In this document: one piece after another, positions 44,864 through 53,383 of the stretch | How the letters are laid out: each line of letters opens with the position of its first letter | Position numbering within the stretch: position 1 is the stretch's first letter | IMG/VR virus record: IMGVR_UViG_3300037424_001305 | Coordinates: 1-55,246 of that record | Length of the DNA stretch: 55,246 nt | Strand: one strand, 5' to 3' | From: a virus | Taxonomy: Duplodnaviria; Caudoviricetes | Program-made: the position numbers and the translations under genes | The notes under the pieces: model-generated | Told to the model about the DNA's origin: nothing | What the model saw: the letters and a program-made list of their open reading frames with translations, nothing else | The model's database searches: none

Positions 44864-46333
44864 TCACAGGCTTACCTCTTCAAAGTCAGGGTAAATGTTG
44901 CGGTAGATCTCAGCACGTTCCAAGGCATGGCGATGGACATCGTCAACATTTTTGACATCGAAGTCCACGATCCAGCAGTCATCCTTCCCGGGGACCTTCC
45001 TGGTCCCGCGGCCCACGGCTTGGCGTACCTGAATCTCGGACTTGCCTCCACACAGAAAGATGATTGCCCCCACGCTCTGGAGGTCTGTACCCGTGGTGAT
45101 GCAGCTGGTTCCTACCAGGACCTTGATCTTGCCGGCGTTGAAGTCCTTCACGAGAGCCTGCGGATCTGACTCCCAATAGGCCTCAGGAACGTACTTCTTG
45201 TTGTCCTTGGTGACGCCGCCGTGGGCGAAAAAGGCCTGGTGCCGAAGGTAGGGGAGGACCCACTGGAACTGCTCCAGCTCCTTGATGAGGATGACCACCT
45301 GACGGTCCAGCTCTTCCACCATGAGGTTCGCCAGCTCGCCGGCCTTCTGGCAGACGTCAGGCACGTAGTACAGATGGGCCCTAGTCATCTCCTGGGGGTC
45401 CTTGCTCTGGTACTTAACAGGAGAGTTGACGGGGACCATCTTGAATCGAGGCTTAGCCAGCCACCCCTGGTCGACACCCTCCTTCACGGACATCCGGAAA
45501 ACGACGGGACCTGTAATAGCTTCCAGGAGAAGGCCCAGGCCGTCATTCCGGAGCTGAGTCCCGGAGAAGAAGAACCGGTAGGGGGCTTGGTCAAAGAGTC
45601 CCAGGCAGACCCTACTGAGGGTCTTCGCTGGACAGAGGTGTGACTCGTCTGCAATGAAGACCTTCACGGACCTGAAGTCCCCATAGGCGGGGTGATTGCC
45701 GTCGACCTTCACCAGGGAGTCATCGACGGCAATGGTGAAGAGCTTCTTGGATTCCTTTTTGCCGTCGTAGAACCTACCTACGTACTTGGTACCGAAGGCA
45801 GTCATGAACTCCTCGTACATCTGGGAGGCGATGCTGAGGCTAGGGGTCATGATTACGGTCTTCAGGGCCAGCTCCTTGGCCAGAAGAAGGGCTGTCAGGC
45901 TCTTTCCGAGTCCTGTGCCGACTTCCACGGCTCCATGCCTGGCCCGAAGGAGAGCTTCTTTCATCTCCAGCTGATAAGGACGAGGAATCTTTACAGGTGG
46001 CTTCGCCCAGGGAATTAGATCCTCTTCGGGATACTGGACCTGGTTCACTGCCTCATGACGTAGTTTCTTGGTCAGGAGACCTTCCAAACCAGAGTACGTC
46101 CAGAAACCCTTCTCGTCTTCGAAAAGCAGACAGTTCTTGACTTTGTCCTTCAGGCCCTGGAGATGGTCCTCGTACTCTTCAGGGGTTAGTTTCTGACGGA
46201 GCCATTTACTGTGCTTCGCCTTCCTCAGCTCGTATTCAGCTGACTTGTCAACATAGGTCAGTAGGAGCTTCAGGTAAGTTGGATCCTCAGGAGCTTGAAT
46301 CCTGAGTTTGACCGGTGATTCCCTAGTGAGCAC
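44864..46333 (-). CDS. SF2 DEAD/DEAH-like DNA helicase (UvsW-like)
   Basis: PRPYQ, GTGLGKS, IADESH, FSGT, TGTD, QAVGRGTR. Confidence 0.9.
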   Translation of the reverse strand: MLTRESPVKLRIQAPEDPTYLKLLLTYVDKSAEYELRKAKHSKWLRQKLTPEEYEDHLQGLKDKVKNCLLFEDEKGFWTYSGLEGLLTKKLRHEAVNQVQYPEEDLIPWAKPPVKIPRPYQLEMKEALLRARHGAVEVGTGLGKSLTALLLAKELALKTVIMTPSLSIASQMYEEFMTAFGTKYVGRFYDGKKESKKLFTIAVDDSLVKVDGNHPAYGDFRSVKVFIADESHLCPAKTLSRVCLGLFDQAPYRFFFSGTQLRNDGLGLLLEAITGPVVFRMSVKEGVDQGWLAKPRFKMVPVNSPVKYQSKDPQEMTRAHLYYVPDVCQKAGELANLMVEELDRQVVILIKELEQFQWVLPYLRHQAFFAHGGVTKDNKKYVPEAYWESDPQALVKDFNAGKIKVLVGTSCITTGTDLQSVGAIIFLCGGKSEIQVRQAVGRGTRKVPGKDDCWIVDFDVKNVDDVHRHALERAEIYRNIYPDFEEVSL

Positions 46334-46889
46334 TGAGGTGCTCCAACAGCTTTCCCAGGGCCTGCTGGTATCTGGTCTGAGTGTTTCCCGTCAACATGAG
46401 GGGAGAGATACCGAATTCCTCAAAGGAATCAGTCAACATCTTGTCGATTGCCAGGCCCTGCTCATGGTCATGAATCCGATTTGGATCCGGGACTCCGAAA
46501 CCGGAAGTTGGAGGACAGTAAAACAGGAGGTCGTATCTCTTCAGGACTTCGTTCGAGAGCATAACCTTTCTGAGACCTTCCTGACCCTTAAGGTACATCA
46601 GCGTGTTCAGGACGCAGGAGTCTGTGATGATGAGACTCTTCGGAGTTGAGGTTCTGAGGATATTCTCCCAGCTTAGCTGTGTGTAGTAAATCTCTGTCTG
46701 GTCGATGTCATCCAGCTCTACCTGAGAACCAGGAGGCAGACCCTGATTAAGTCTCTCTTCGGCAATATGCCAACGGGCTTGTTCGGGGATGAACTCCGTG
46801 GCAAGACCCACATCCTTGAAGTGGGCAAACAGACGAGCTGCTGTAGTCGTCTTCCCTGATGCTGGACAGCCGATGAAACCGATGAGCAT
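46323..46889 (-). CDS. P-loop kinase/ATPase (AAA_28/NadR-like)
   Basis: GCPASGKTT, FIPEQAR, IITDS, YDLLFY, DPNR. Confidence 0.75.
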   Translation of the reverse strand: MLIGFIGCPASGKTTTAARLFAHFKDVGLATEFIPEQARWHIAEERLNQGLPPGSQVELDDIDQTEIYYTQLSWENILRTSTPKSLIITDSCVLNTLMYLKGQEGLRKVMLSNEVLKRYDLLFYCPPTSGFGVPDPNRIHDHEQGLAIDKMLTDSFEEFGISPLMLTGNTQTRYQQALGKLLEHLSAH

Positions 46890-47147
46890 TCTTCACATCC
46901 TCCACTACTATGTAACGGCTACTGGCACTGGAAGAGCCCATCTGAATAACGGCTACGGGTACTTGGGTCGTGATTTAGTCGGGAGGGGGTCAGTTGAGTC
47001 AGATTCTGTAAGTGGTCTAGCGGGCAAAGAAGCTCGCTGAAGCGTTGGTAAAAGTCGGATAGCGCTGCTTAGTGTAGTTTCATTTCACCTTGTGAGATTT
47101 ATCTTAACTACCTAAGATTCACTGTATCTAAAACTTATTAGACCGTT

Positions 47148-47214
47148 GCTTAGTGGCTTAGGAGGACATCCGGGGCCGGCTCTCGCTTAGTGGCTTAGGA
47201 GGACATCCGGGGCC
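47148..47214. repeat. 30-bp direct repeat GCTTAGTGGCTTAGGAGGACATCCGGGGCC x2 (period 37)
   Basis: Read directly. Confidence 0.9.
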
Positions 47215-47225
47215 AGCCGTTATAG
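47214..47225 (+). promoter_or_regulatory. Putative phage-sigma promoter AGCCGTTATAG (class also at 8161, 11421, 13622, 14141, 14810, 33442, 43752, 46911 minus; 49868, 52326 plus)
   Basis: Recurrent motif, always in sense orientation just upstream of a gene. Confidence 0.75.
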
Positions 47226-47444
47226 ATGAAGTGCATGCCCACCACTGACATCGAACTCCTGAGCTTCATCTCCCCCAACGCCAAAAACGAGGACCTGGCC
47301 CAGCGCCTGGGGGTCAGCGTCAGGCAGGTCCGGCGTCGACTAGCTGACTTGAAGGCGCGGGGGCTCGTCCACTCCAAGGTGGCCACCTGCAAGGTCGGCG
47401 GGCGGTACTACACGAAGCGCACCCTCCTGAAGGAGATCGACTGA
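47226..47444 (+). CDS. Winged-HTH DNA-binding protein
   Basis: NEDLAQRLGVSVRQVRRRLADLKARGLV. Confidence 0.75.
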   Translation: MKCMPTTDIELLSFISPNAKNEDLAQRLGVSVRQVRRRLADLKARGLVHSKVATCKVGGRYYTKRTLLKEID

Positions 47445-49291
47445 TGGAATATCACAAGGTGAAGTCCGTAGCAAAAACCGTCCTGCCCCAGGGAAGTAAC
47501 CTGACGCAAACCATCCTGTCGACCATGGAGGTCATCTCTACCTTGGTGGGAGGCACCCTGGGGCCCGGGGGTCGGCCCGTGCTTATCGAGCGTCAGGAGC
47601 ACAACCTGCCGCCGGTGGTCACCAAGGACGGCGTTACCGTGTTCCGGAGCCTGGGCTTCCAAAACAGCGCCGCTCAGTGCATCATGGAGTCGGCCCGAGA
47701 CAGTGCAGCCAGGACTGCATCTGAGGCCGGTGATGGCACTACGACGGCTACCATCCTCAGCGAGGCCATTATTCGCCGGACCCTGAAGTACAGCGAGGGG
47801 AATCCCAAGGTAAGCCCGCAGCGGATTGTCCGCCGCCTGGAGACCGTTTTCCGGGATGAGATTGAGCCCCTGGTGAAGGACCTGAGTCGGCCTGCCAACA
47901 TGGCCACGGAGGAAGGGCGTCGGCTCCTCCGGAAGGTAGCCACCGTGAGCGCCAACGGGGATACCGAGCTGGCCGACGCTGTCATGGAGTGCTTCCGGGT
48001 GGTTGGCGACGACGGTAACGTGACCATCACGGAGTCGAACGGTAAGTCCCACTACGAGGTGGAGCAGATCGACGGCTATCCAATCCCTATGGGCTACGAG
48101 GACAGCTGCACGAAGTTCTACCCGAAGTTCGTGAACGACGTCGCCAACCAGCGGGTTCTCTTGGAGAACCCCAATTTCGTCCTCTACCACGGGCGCTTCC
48201 AGGACCCGCAGTCTCTGTTTCTGCTGCTGAGCAAGCTCGGAAACGCCTTTGACCAGGGCCAGATCGGCCCCAATGTGGTTCTCGTGGGTACGGGTTTCAG
48301 CGAGAACGTCCTCGGTTACCTGGCCATGATGTTCCCTGAAGCTGGGGCTCTGAATGTATTCCCCCTGCTGGCCCCAGTCTCCCCGGTGCCGAATGCGCAG
48401 TTCGAGTTCCTCCAGGACCTGGCGGCCGTAACAGGCGCTGTCATCGCGGACCAGCTGAATACGCCCTTGGAGACAGTGGACCTGAGCTTTCTCGGCAAGG
48501 CCAAGACGTTCGAGGCCACCAGATTCCGCTCCAATGTCATCGGACTCCCGGAAGACGAGACCATCGAAGAGGGGCTTGTCCTCCGTGTCGACCAGTTGAA
48601 GGCCAACATGAACCGCAGCGAGTCCAAGCTGGAGACTACACTCCTGGAGGAGCGCATCGGGAAGCTCACCGGAGGCATCGCCCGTCTGAAGGTCATCGGG
48701 GCCAGCAACGGAGAGATGAAGGAGAAGCGGGACCGGGCGGAGGACGCTGTCTGTGCGGTCCGCGGGGCCATCAAGAGCGGCTGCCTGCCGGGCGGCGGCT
48801 GGGCGCTACTGCGTATCGCCAAGCGGTTCGAGGACAGCGAGGACCCTGTCTTGACGGAGATCCTGGTGCCGGCCCTCTGGGAGCCCTTCAACAGGTTGCT
48901 GGAGAACCTGGGTATCGACAAGAAGAGGAACGCCGACGAATACAAGGCCATCGTGGACCCCATCCTGGAGAACCTACTGCCGGTCAGGAAGGTCAGCTCC
49001 GTATTCGACGAAGACGCAGAAATCAGGCACTCGGACTTTATCCGTGTCAAACCCGTGGTCTACGACTGCCTGGCCGGCAAGCATGTCGACCCCTACGAGG
49101 GCGGCATCTTGGACAGCACGCCCGCGGTCCTGGAGGCCATCCGGAACAGCCTCTCTATCGCTAGCCTGCTGGCCATCCTGGGTGGTATCGTGGTCTTCGG
49201 CCGCGATGCAGAGCTGGAGCGCTCAGAAGCTAGCCATATCGCGGACTTCATTCGGAACTCCACCATCAACGAGGCTAACGAGAGGGACTGA
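47444..49291 (+). CDS. groEL: Phage chaperonin GroEL-like
   Basis: TLGPGGR, VTKDGVTV, AGDGTTTATI, ERIGKLTGG, EKRDRAEDA, PGGG. Confidence 0.95.
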   Translation: MEYHKVKSVAKTVLPQGSNLTQTILSTMEVISTLVGGTLGPGGRPVLIERQEHNLPPVVTKDGVTVFRSLGFQNSAAQCIMESARDSAARTASEAGDGTTTATILSEAIIRRTLKYSEGNPKVSPQRIVRRLETVFRDEIEPLVKDLSRPANMATEEGRRLLRKVATVSANGDTELADAVMECFRVVGDDGNVTITESNGKSHYEVEQIDGYPIPMGYEDSCTKFYPKFVNDVANQRVLLENPNFVLYHGRFQDPQSLFLLLSKLGNAFDQGQIGPNVVLVGTGFSENVLGYLAMMFPEAGALNVFPLLAPVSPVPNAQFEFLQDLAAVTGAVIADQLNTPLETVDLSFLGKAKTFEATRFRSNVIGLPEDETIEEGLVLRVDQLKANMNRSESKLETTLLEERIGKLTGGIARLKVIGASNGEMKEKRDRAEDAVCAVRGAIKSGCLPGGGWALLRIAKRFEDSEDPVLTEILVPALWEPFNRLLENLGIDKKRNADEYKAIVDPILENLLPVRKVSSVFDEDAEIRHSDFIRVKPVVYDCLAGKHVDPYEGGILDSTPAVLEAIRNSLSIASLLAILGGIVVFGRDAELERSEASHIADFIRNSTINEANERD

Positions 49292-49603
49292 ATGAACATG
49301 AGTATGAACTTGATGCTGCTCATTATCACCGGCCTTGTTCTCCTGGACGTCATCATTCAGTGCTTTCGCTGGTGGGAGGATCGCCAGGCCCGAAAGCTCC
49401 AGGAGGTCGGGCTTGGCAACATGAACTCCGTTTTTACGGCCCTGAAGAACCTGGAGGCCTCGATTCAGCGGCGCCTCCTGGAGACCATGGGCAAGATGAA
49501 CGAAGTTCTTGTCGCGGACCAGAAATTCCTAGAGCAGTTGCTCAACATGGAGCGCGAGCGTATCATGGCCTCGCTGCCCGTGAAGAAGCGCCGGAGGAGC
49601 TAA
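49292..49603 (+). CDS. Membrane-anchored coiled-coil protein
   Basis: N-terminal TM segment. Confidence 0.55.
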   Translation: MNMSMNLMLLIITGLVLLDVIIQCFRWWEDRQARKLQEVGLGNMNSVFTALKNLEASIQRRLLETMGKMNEVLVADQKFLEQLLNMERERIMASLPVKKRRRS

Positions 49604-49605
49604 GG

Positions 49606-49911
49606 GTGCCCCTCTACCACTTCAAGTGTAGCGGCTGCGGGGAAATAATGCGCCGGCTCTGGGACGTAAAGCGCTTCGAAGACCGGGAACCGTGGTTCTG
49701 CGGGGGCTGCGGTGGCGAGGTAGTGTACGATCCGCGACCGCCCACAAGTCGTACCACGGAGGTGTTAGACAATGGTGTCATGGTGCGCCAGGTCGAGCGC
49801 CTGGTGGACGCCCCCCAGCTCTTCAGGGACCGGAATGCAGCTACAGAACAAGGAAGGCGAGATTTTCCCGTTATAGGTAGACATGGCACAGATTCGTCTG
49901 AAGAGACTTAG
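49606..49911 (+). CDS. FmdB-like Zn-ribbon protein
   Basis: GTG start; MPLYHFKCSGCG...CGGCG. Confidence 0.6.
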   Translation: MPLYHFKCSGCGEIMRRLWDVKRFEDREPWFCGGCGGEVVYDPRPPTSRTTEVLDNGVMVRQVERLVDAPQLFRDRNAATEQGRRDFPVIGRHGTDSSEET

Positions 49912-52048
49912 CCTCCGCGCCTTCCGTAGCTTCATTGACGAGGCGGCTGTCGAGTTCCCGGAGTCCGGTCTGGTCCTCTTCCGGGGCTTCAATGAGGACA
50001 CCGGAGGCAGTAGTGGGGCAGGAAAGTCCACGATCCTGCTGGCTCTGACCTACCTCCTGGGCTTCTGTAAGTACCCCCGGACGGCACTCCAGAGTTGGCT
50101 CACCGAAGACCCCCTCCAGGTGGTGGGCGTCTTCGAGACCAGCGAGGGCGAACTCCAGGTCACTCGCGGTCAGGGCTTGAAGCTCAGTCTCAATGGCGTA
50201 GGTGTCGAGGGTTCTGTGAAACAGCTGGAGACAAAGCTCCAACAAGCCCTCGGCTTGGGCCCCGACCTCATGGCGGCCCTCACGTACCGCGGTCAGAAGA
50301 GTCCGGGACTCTTTCTGTCGAAGACCGACAGTGAACGCAAGGAGTTTCTTACCCAGCTCCTCGGTCTGGAGCGCTTTGAGACCGCCCAGGAAGTCAGCCA
50401 GAAGAAAGCCAAAGACCTGGAGCCCGCCGTTACCGTGGCGAAGGCCCTGCTGGGGAATCTAGCTAAGGAGCTGGAGTCGGCTAAGCAGATCAATCCCCCC
50501 GCCCTGAAGGATGAGATGCCCCTCAAGGAAACCCTAGATAGGGCCTCCGGGGAGGCTGAGGGAATCCGCAGCCAGGTCTTCGAAATCCGGCACCAGATCA
50601 AGGAACGCGAACTCGGAATCGAAGCCGAAGCCCAGCGTCGGTACAAGGCCGCCAAGCCCGAGCAGGAGAAGCTCGAAGAGGCCATTGAGGTCCTCAAGAA
50701 GGACCAGCACCTTCAAGCCATCAGTCTGGAATCCCCGGAGCTTACTCAAATGCGGGCCAATAGCCTCCAGGCCGAACAATTCCTGGTGGAGATCAAAGCC
50801 GAAGACGCCAACCGGAAGGCGACCCAGGCCCGCGAGGCCGCAGGCGTTCTTCGGGAGATTATCTCTATCGAGCAGGAGCTGAGCGTGCTGCCGTCGATGA
50901 TGAATAGCCAGGAGGCTGCGTGTCTGGAGATTCACGCCCTGGAACGGTCGACTTGTCCGACCTGTGACCGTGAGTGGATCGACAGTAAGGCCACGCTGGC
51001 CCTGGAGAAGGCTCAGGGGGACGTGCTTAATCTCGGGGAGCAGATTGAGACCTTCGAGGCCCTGAAGCCTGAGCGAGACGCTCTCCGGGCGCGGCACCAG
51101 CAACTCCAGGCGTTCATCCCAAACCCTCAGTTGGAGCAGTTCCAGGCGATTGTCACCGACCTTCAGAAGAAGGTGGCGGTCGAGATCCAGAATCTCAAGG
51201 GACAGCGGGAACTGGTACAGGCTAACGCGCAGAAGCTCGTCGCTGAAGCCGAGGCCCGGCTTCAGTCCAATCGGGCCGCGGTAGCGCACGACATCGAGAT
51301 GTATCGGCACGACAGCAAAGAAGGGATGCTGGGCCTGCATGACAGGCTAGAGAATCTCAGCCACCACCTGACGGCTGCTGACTCCGCAGTTAAGGGCTGC
51401 CAGAACGCCCTGCACATGGCCAAGGTGGACAATGCCCGCGAGCAGGAGCGCCACCGAGCCGCCCAGGAACGCCTGGAGAGACTTCAGAAGAGCTGCCTGG
51501 AGGCCGAGGAGCAGGCCAAGAAGGCTGAGACCGAGCTGGCGGCCGAGCTGGACTTCCAGCGCCTCATCGGCCGCGAGGGCTTCCTGGGGTCCATTTTCGA
51601 TGAAGTACTCGCGGAGATCAGCCAGGAGACCAACTGCTTCCTGGCTCGGTTCCCGAACACCGCCCACGTCAGCCTGCACTGGCGTTCCGAGTCCACGACC
51701 CAGAAAGGCGCCATCAAGAAGAATATCATCCCCGTGGTCAGCATCGGCGGTTTCGAGGCGCCGCTGGCTGCCGGCCTGAGCGGTGGCATGGAGTCCGCGG
51801 TGGAGCTGGCTGTCGACCTGGCTGTGGCTACTGTGGTCAGTCGTCGCACCGGCACTATGCCCAACTGGATGGTTCTGGACGAGAGTTTTACGGGCCTCGG
51901 TCCGGTAGAGTCGGAAGGCTGCATGGAGATGCTTCAGGCCATCTCCGCGGACAGGCTCATCCTCGTGGTCGACCACGCCAGCGAGACCAAGTCGATGTTC
52001 ACGCAGTTCGTGGACGTGAAGTACAAGAATGGGAGGAGTACACTATGA
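49883..52048 (+). CDS. sbcC: SbcC/Rad50-like ATPase
   Basis: GAGKST, CPTC zinc hook, LSGG, VLDE, VDH. Confidence 0.9.
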   Translation: MAQIRLKRLSLRAFRSFIDEAAVEFPESGLVLFRGFNEDTGGSSGAGKSTILLALTYLLGFCKYPRTALQSWLTEDPLQVVGVFETSEGELQVTRGQGLKLSLNGVGVEGSVKQLETKLQQALGLGPDLMAALTYRGQKSPGLFLSKTDSERKEFLTQLLGLERFETAQEVSQKKAKDLEPAVTVAKALLGNLAKELESAKQINPPALKDEMPLKETLDRASGEAEGIRSQVFEIRHQIKERELGIEAEAQRRYKAAKPEQEKLEEAIEVLKKDQHLQAISLESPELTQMRANSLQAEQFLVEIKAEDANRKATQAREAAGVLREIISIEQELSVLPSMMNSQEAACLEIHALERSTCPTCDREWIDSKATLALEKAQGDVLNLGEQIETFEALKPERDALRARHQQLQAFIPNPQLEQFQAIVTDLQKKVAVEIQNLKGQRELVQANAQKLVAEAEARLQSNRAAVAHDIEMYRHDSKEGMLGLHDRLENLSHHLTAADSAVKGCQNALHMAKVDNAREQERHRAAQERLERLQKSCLEAEEQAKKAETELAAELDFQRLIGREGFLGSIFDEVLAEISQETNCFLARFPNTAHVSLHWRSESTTQKGAIKKNIIPVVSIGGFEAPLAAGLSGGMESAVELAVDLAVATVVSRRTGTMPNWMVLDESFTGLGPVESEGCMEMLQAISADRLILVVDHASETKSMFTQFVDVKYKNGRSTL

Positions 52049-52328
52049 TGAAGAGGATTTTCTGCCTTTTTCTGGGGCACCGGTGAAATTCGCTGATCTG
52101 TCCAGGATTCAGGTAGAGGCAGGTCGTCTCTTCTCGGAGATTCCACTTCCGGCGCAGCTCCTGGACATGACCCGGGACCTAACCGTCGAGGAGACCCTGA
52201 ACATCTGCCGGTATCTGTCCTTTCTGAGGTGGCTCAACAAGCAGGGCCTCCTGGTTGAGGGGGCCCTGGAGAAGGCGACGCCGGAATTCCGGCTCTATCC
52301 GGATTCCGAACCTGCTGTCGACGAGTAG
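52029..52328 (+). CDS. Hypothetical protein
   Basis: ORF; start uncertain. Confidence 0.5.
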   Translation: MGGVHYDEEDFLPFSGAPVKFADLSRIQVEAGRLFSEIPLPAQLLDMTRDLTVEETLNICRYLSFLRWLNKQGLLVEGALEKATPEFRLYPDSEPAVDE

Positions 52329-52373
52329 CCGTTATAGAATAGTGTAAGCTGAGAACACAACCAGGAGAACATT

Positions 52374-52652
52374 ATGCCCCGTGGCCGCCCGAAGAAAGCC
52401 CCTTTTTCCGACCTCGACTTGGAGTTCAAGTCGACGGTTGAGAGCATGACCGACGACGAGATCCGTCGTAAGGTTGCCGACACCAACCTGGACCTTCAGC
52501 AGCTGCTGAACGCCCGCGATCTAGACCAGGACTTCCAGGAGAAGAAGGCGGCCTACGGCGAGGCCGGCGCCGTCTACCGCGACGGCCAGAAAGCGGCCAA
52601 GCTGAAGACCAAGTTCGCTCTCATGGTGCTCGAAGGTCGGGGAAAGGCCTAG
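52374..52652 (+). CDS. Small basic/helical protein with AT-hook-like N-terminus
   Basis: MPRGRPKK; AGGAG SD; own promoter. Confidence 0.6.
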   Translation: MPRGRPKKAPFSDLDLEFKSTVESMTDDEIRRKVADTNLDLQQLLNARDLDQDFQEKKAAYGEAGAVYRDGQKAAKLKTKFALMVLEGRGKA

Positions 52653-52710
52653 AACCAATCTTCAGGTCACGCTCTAGGACGGCTGTGTCGGGTCCGTGGG
52701 CGTGAACCGG

Positions 52711-52741
52711 AGCCCCGGTGCAATGTCGGCCGGGGCTTTTT
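52711..52741 (+). terminator. Intrinsic terminator
   Basis: AGCCCCGG...CCGGGGCT followed by TTTT. Confidence 0.7.
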
Positions 52742-52745
52742 ACTG

Positions 52746-53372
52746 ATGCGAGTTCTCGCCATAGACGCTTCGACGCATGCGGGTTGGGCTCTCCTAGAGG
52801 GTGAGCCCGGCGACCTGAAGCCACAGTTGGTCGCTCAGGGGCTCATCGAGAACAGCCAGCCCATCCAGGCATACGGCGACTATCCTGCTTGTTATCTAGC
52901 AGCTACTGCCGCTATCGTGGAGCGACTTTCCGAGTTGGTGAAGGCCTATGACCCCAACGTGGTTGTCGTCGAGGAGGTGAACCTGGGGAAGAGCCGTTAC
53001 GCCCAGCGTGCACTCGAATGGATTCACTGCCAGCTCATGGAGATGCTTCTCCCGCTGGGCTGGAGTGTGGTTTACATCTCGTCCTCTAGCTGGCGCCAGG
53101 CCCTCGGTCTGGTGATGTCCAAAGAGGACAAGAAGAACAACAGTAAGCTCAGCAAGGCCCGGAAGATCGCCGCCAGCACGGCCATGAGCATCCACGAAGC
53201 AAAGAAGCGGGTCGGTGTCAGGGGCCGTATCAACAAGAAGCACCTGGCCGTCCGATTTGTCAACGAGCTTTACGGCCTGAACTTCAAGGTCAAGGACAAC
53301 GACAGGGCAGACGCAATCTGCCTGGGACTCGCATACCTCCGCGGCGCTGAACCAGCCGACGGGGTCCTGTAA
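52746..53372 (+). CDS. RuvC-like Holliday junction resolvase
   Basis: RVLAIDAST, VVVEE, DRADAICLG. Confidence 0.8.
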   Translation: MRVLAIDASTHAGWALLEGEPGDLKPQLVAQGLIENSQPIQAYGDYPACYLAATAAIVERLSELVKAYDPNVVVVEEVNLGKSRYAQRALEWIHCQLMEMLLPLGWSVVYISSSSWRQALGLVMSKEDKKNNSKLSKARKIAASTAMSIHEAKKRVGVRGRINKKHLAVRFVNELYGLNFKVKDNDRADAICLGLAYLRGAEPADGVL

Positions 53373-53383
53373 AGAGGGGATAT

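Noticed and set aside
47148-47214. CRISPR mini-array (also considered for 14882 and 16162)
   Set aside because: Only two copies with 0-7 nt between them; no spacers and no cas genes.
52700-52741. Cobalamin riboswitch upstream of the B12-dependent RNR (CCGGTGCAA)
   Set aside because: No GGGAA or B12-box elements, too short, and separated from nrdJ by the resolvase gene.
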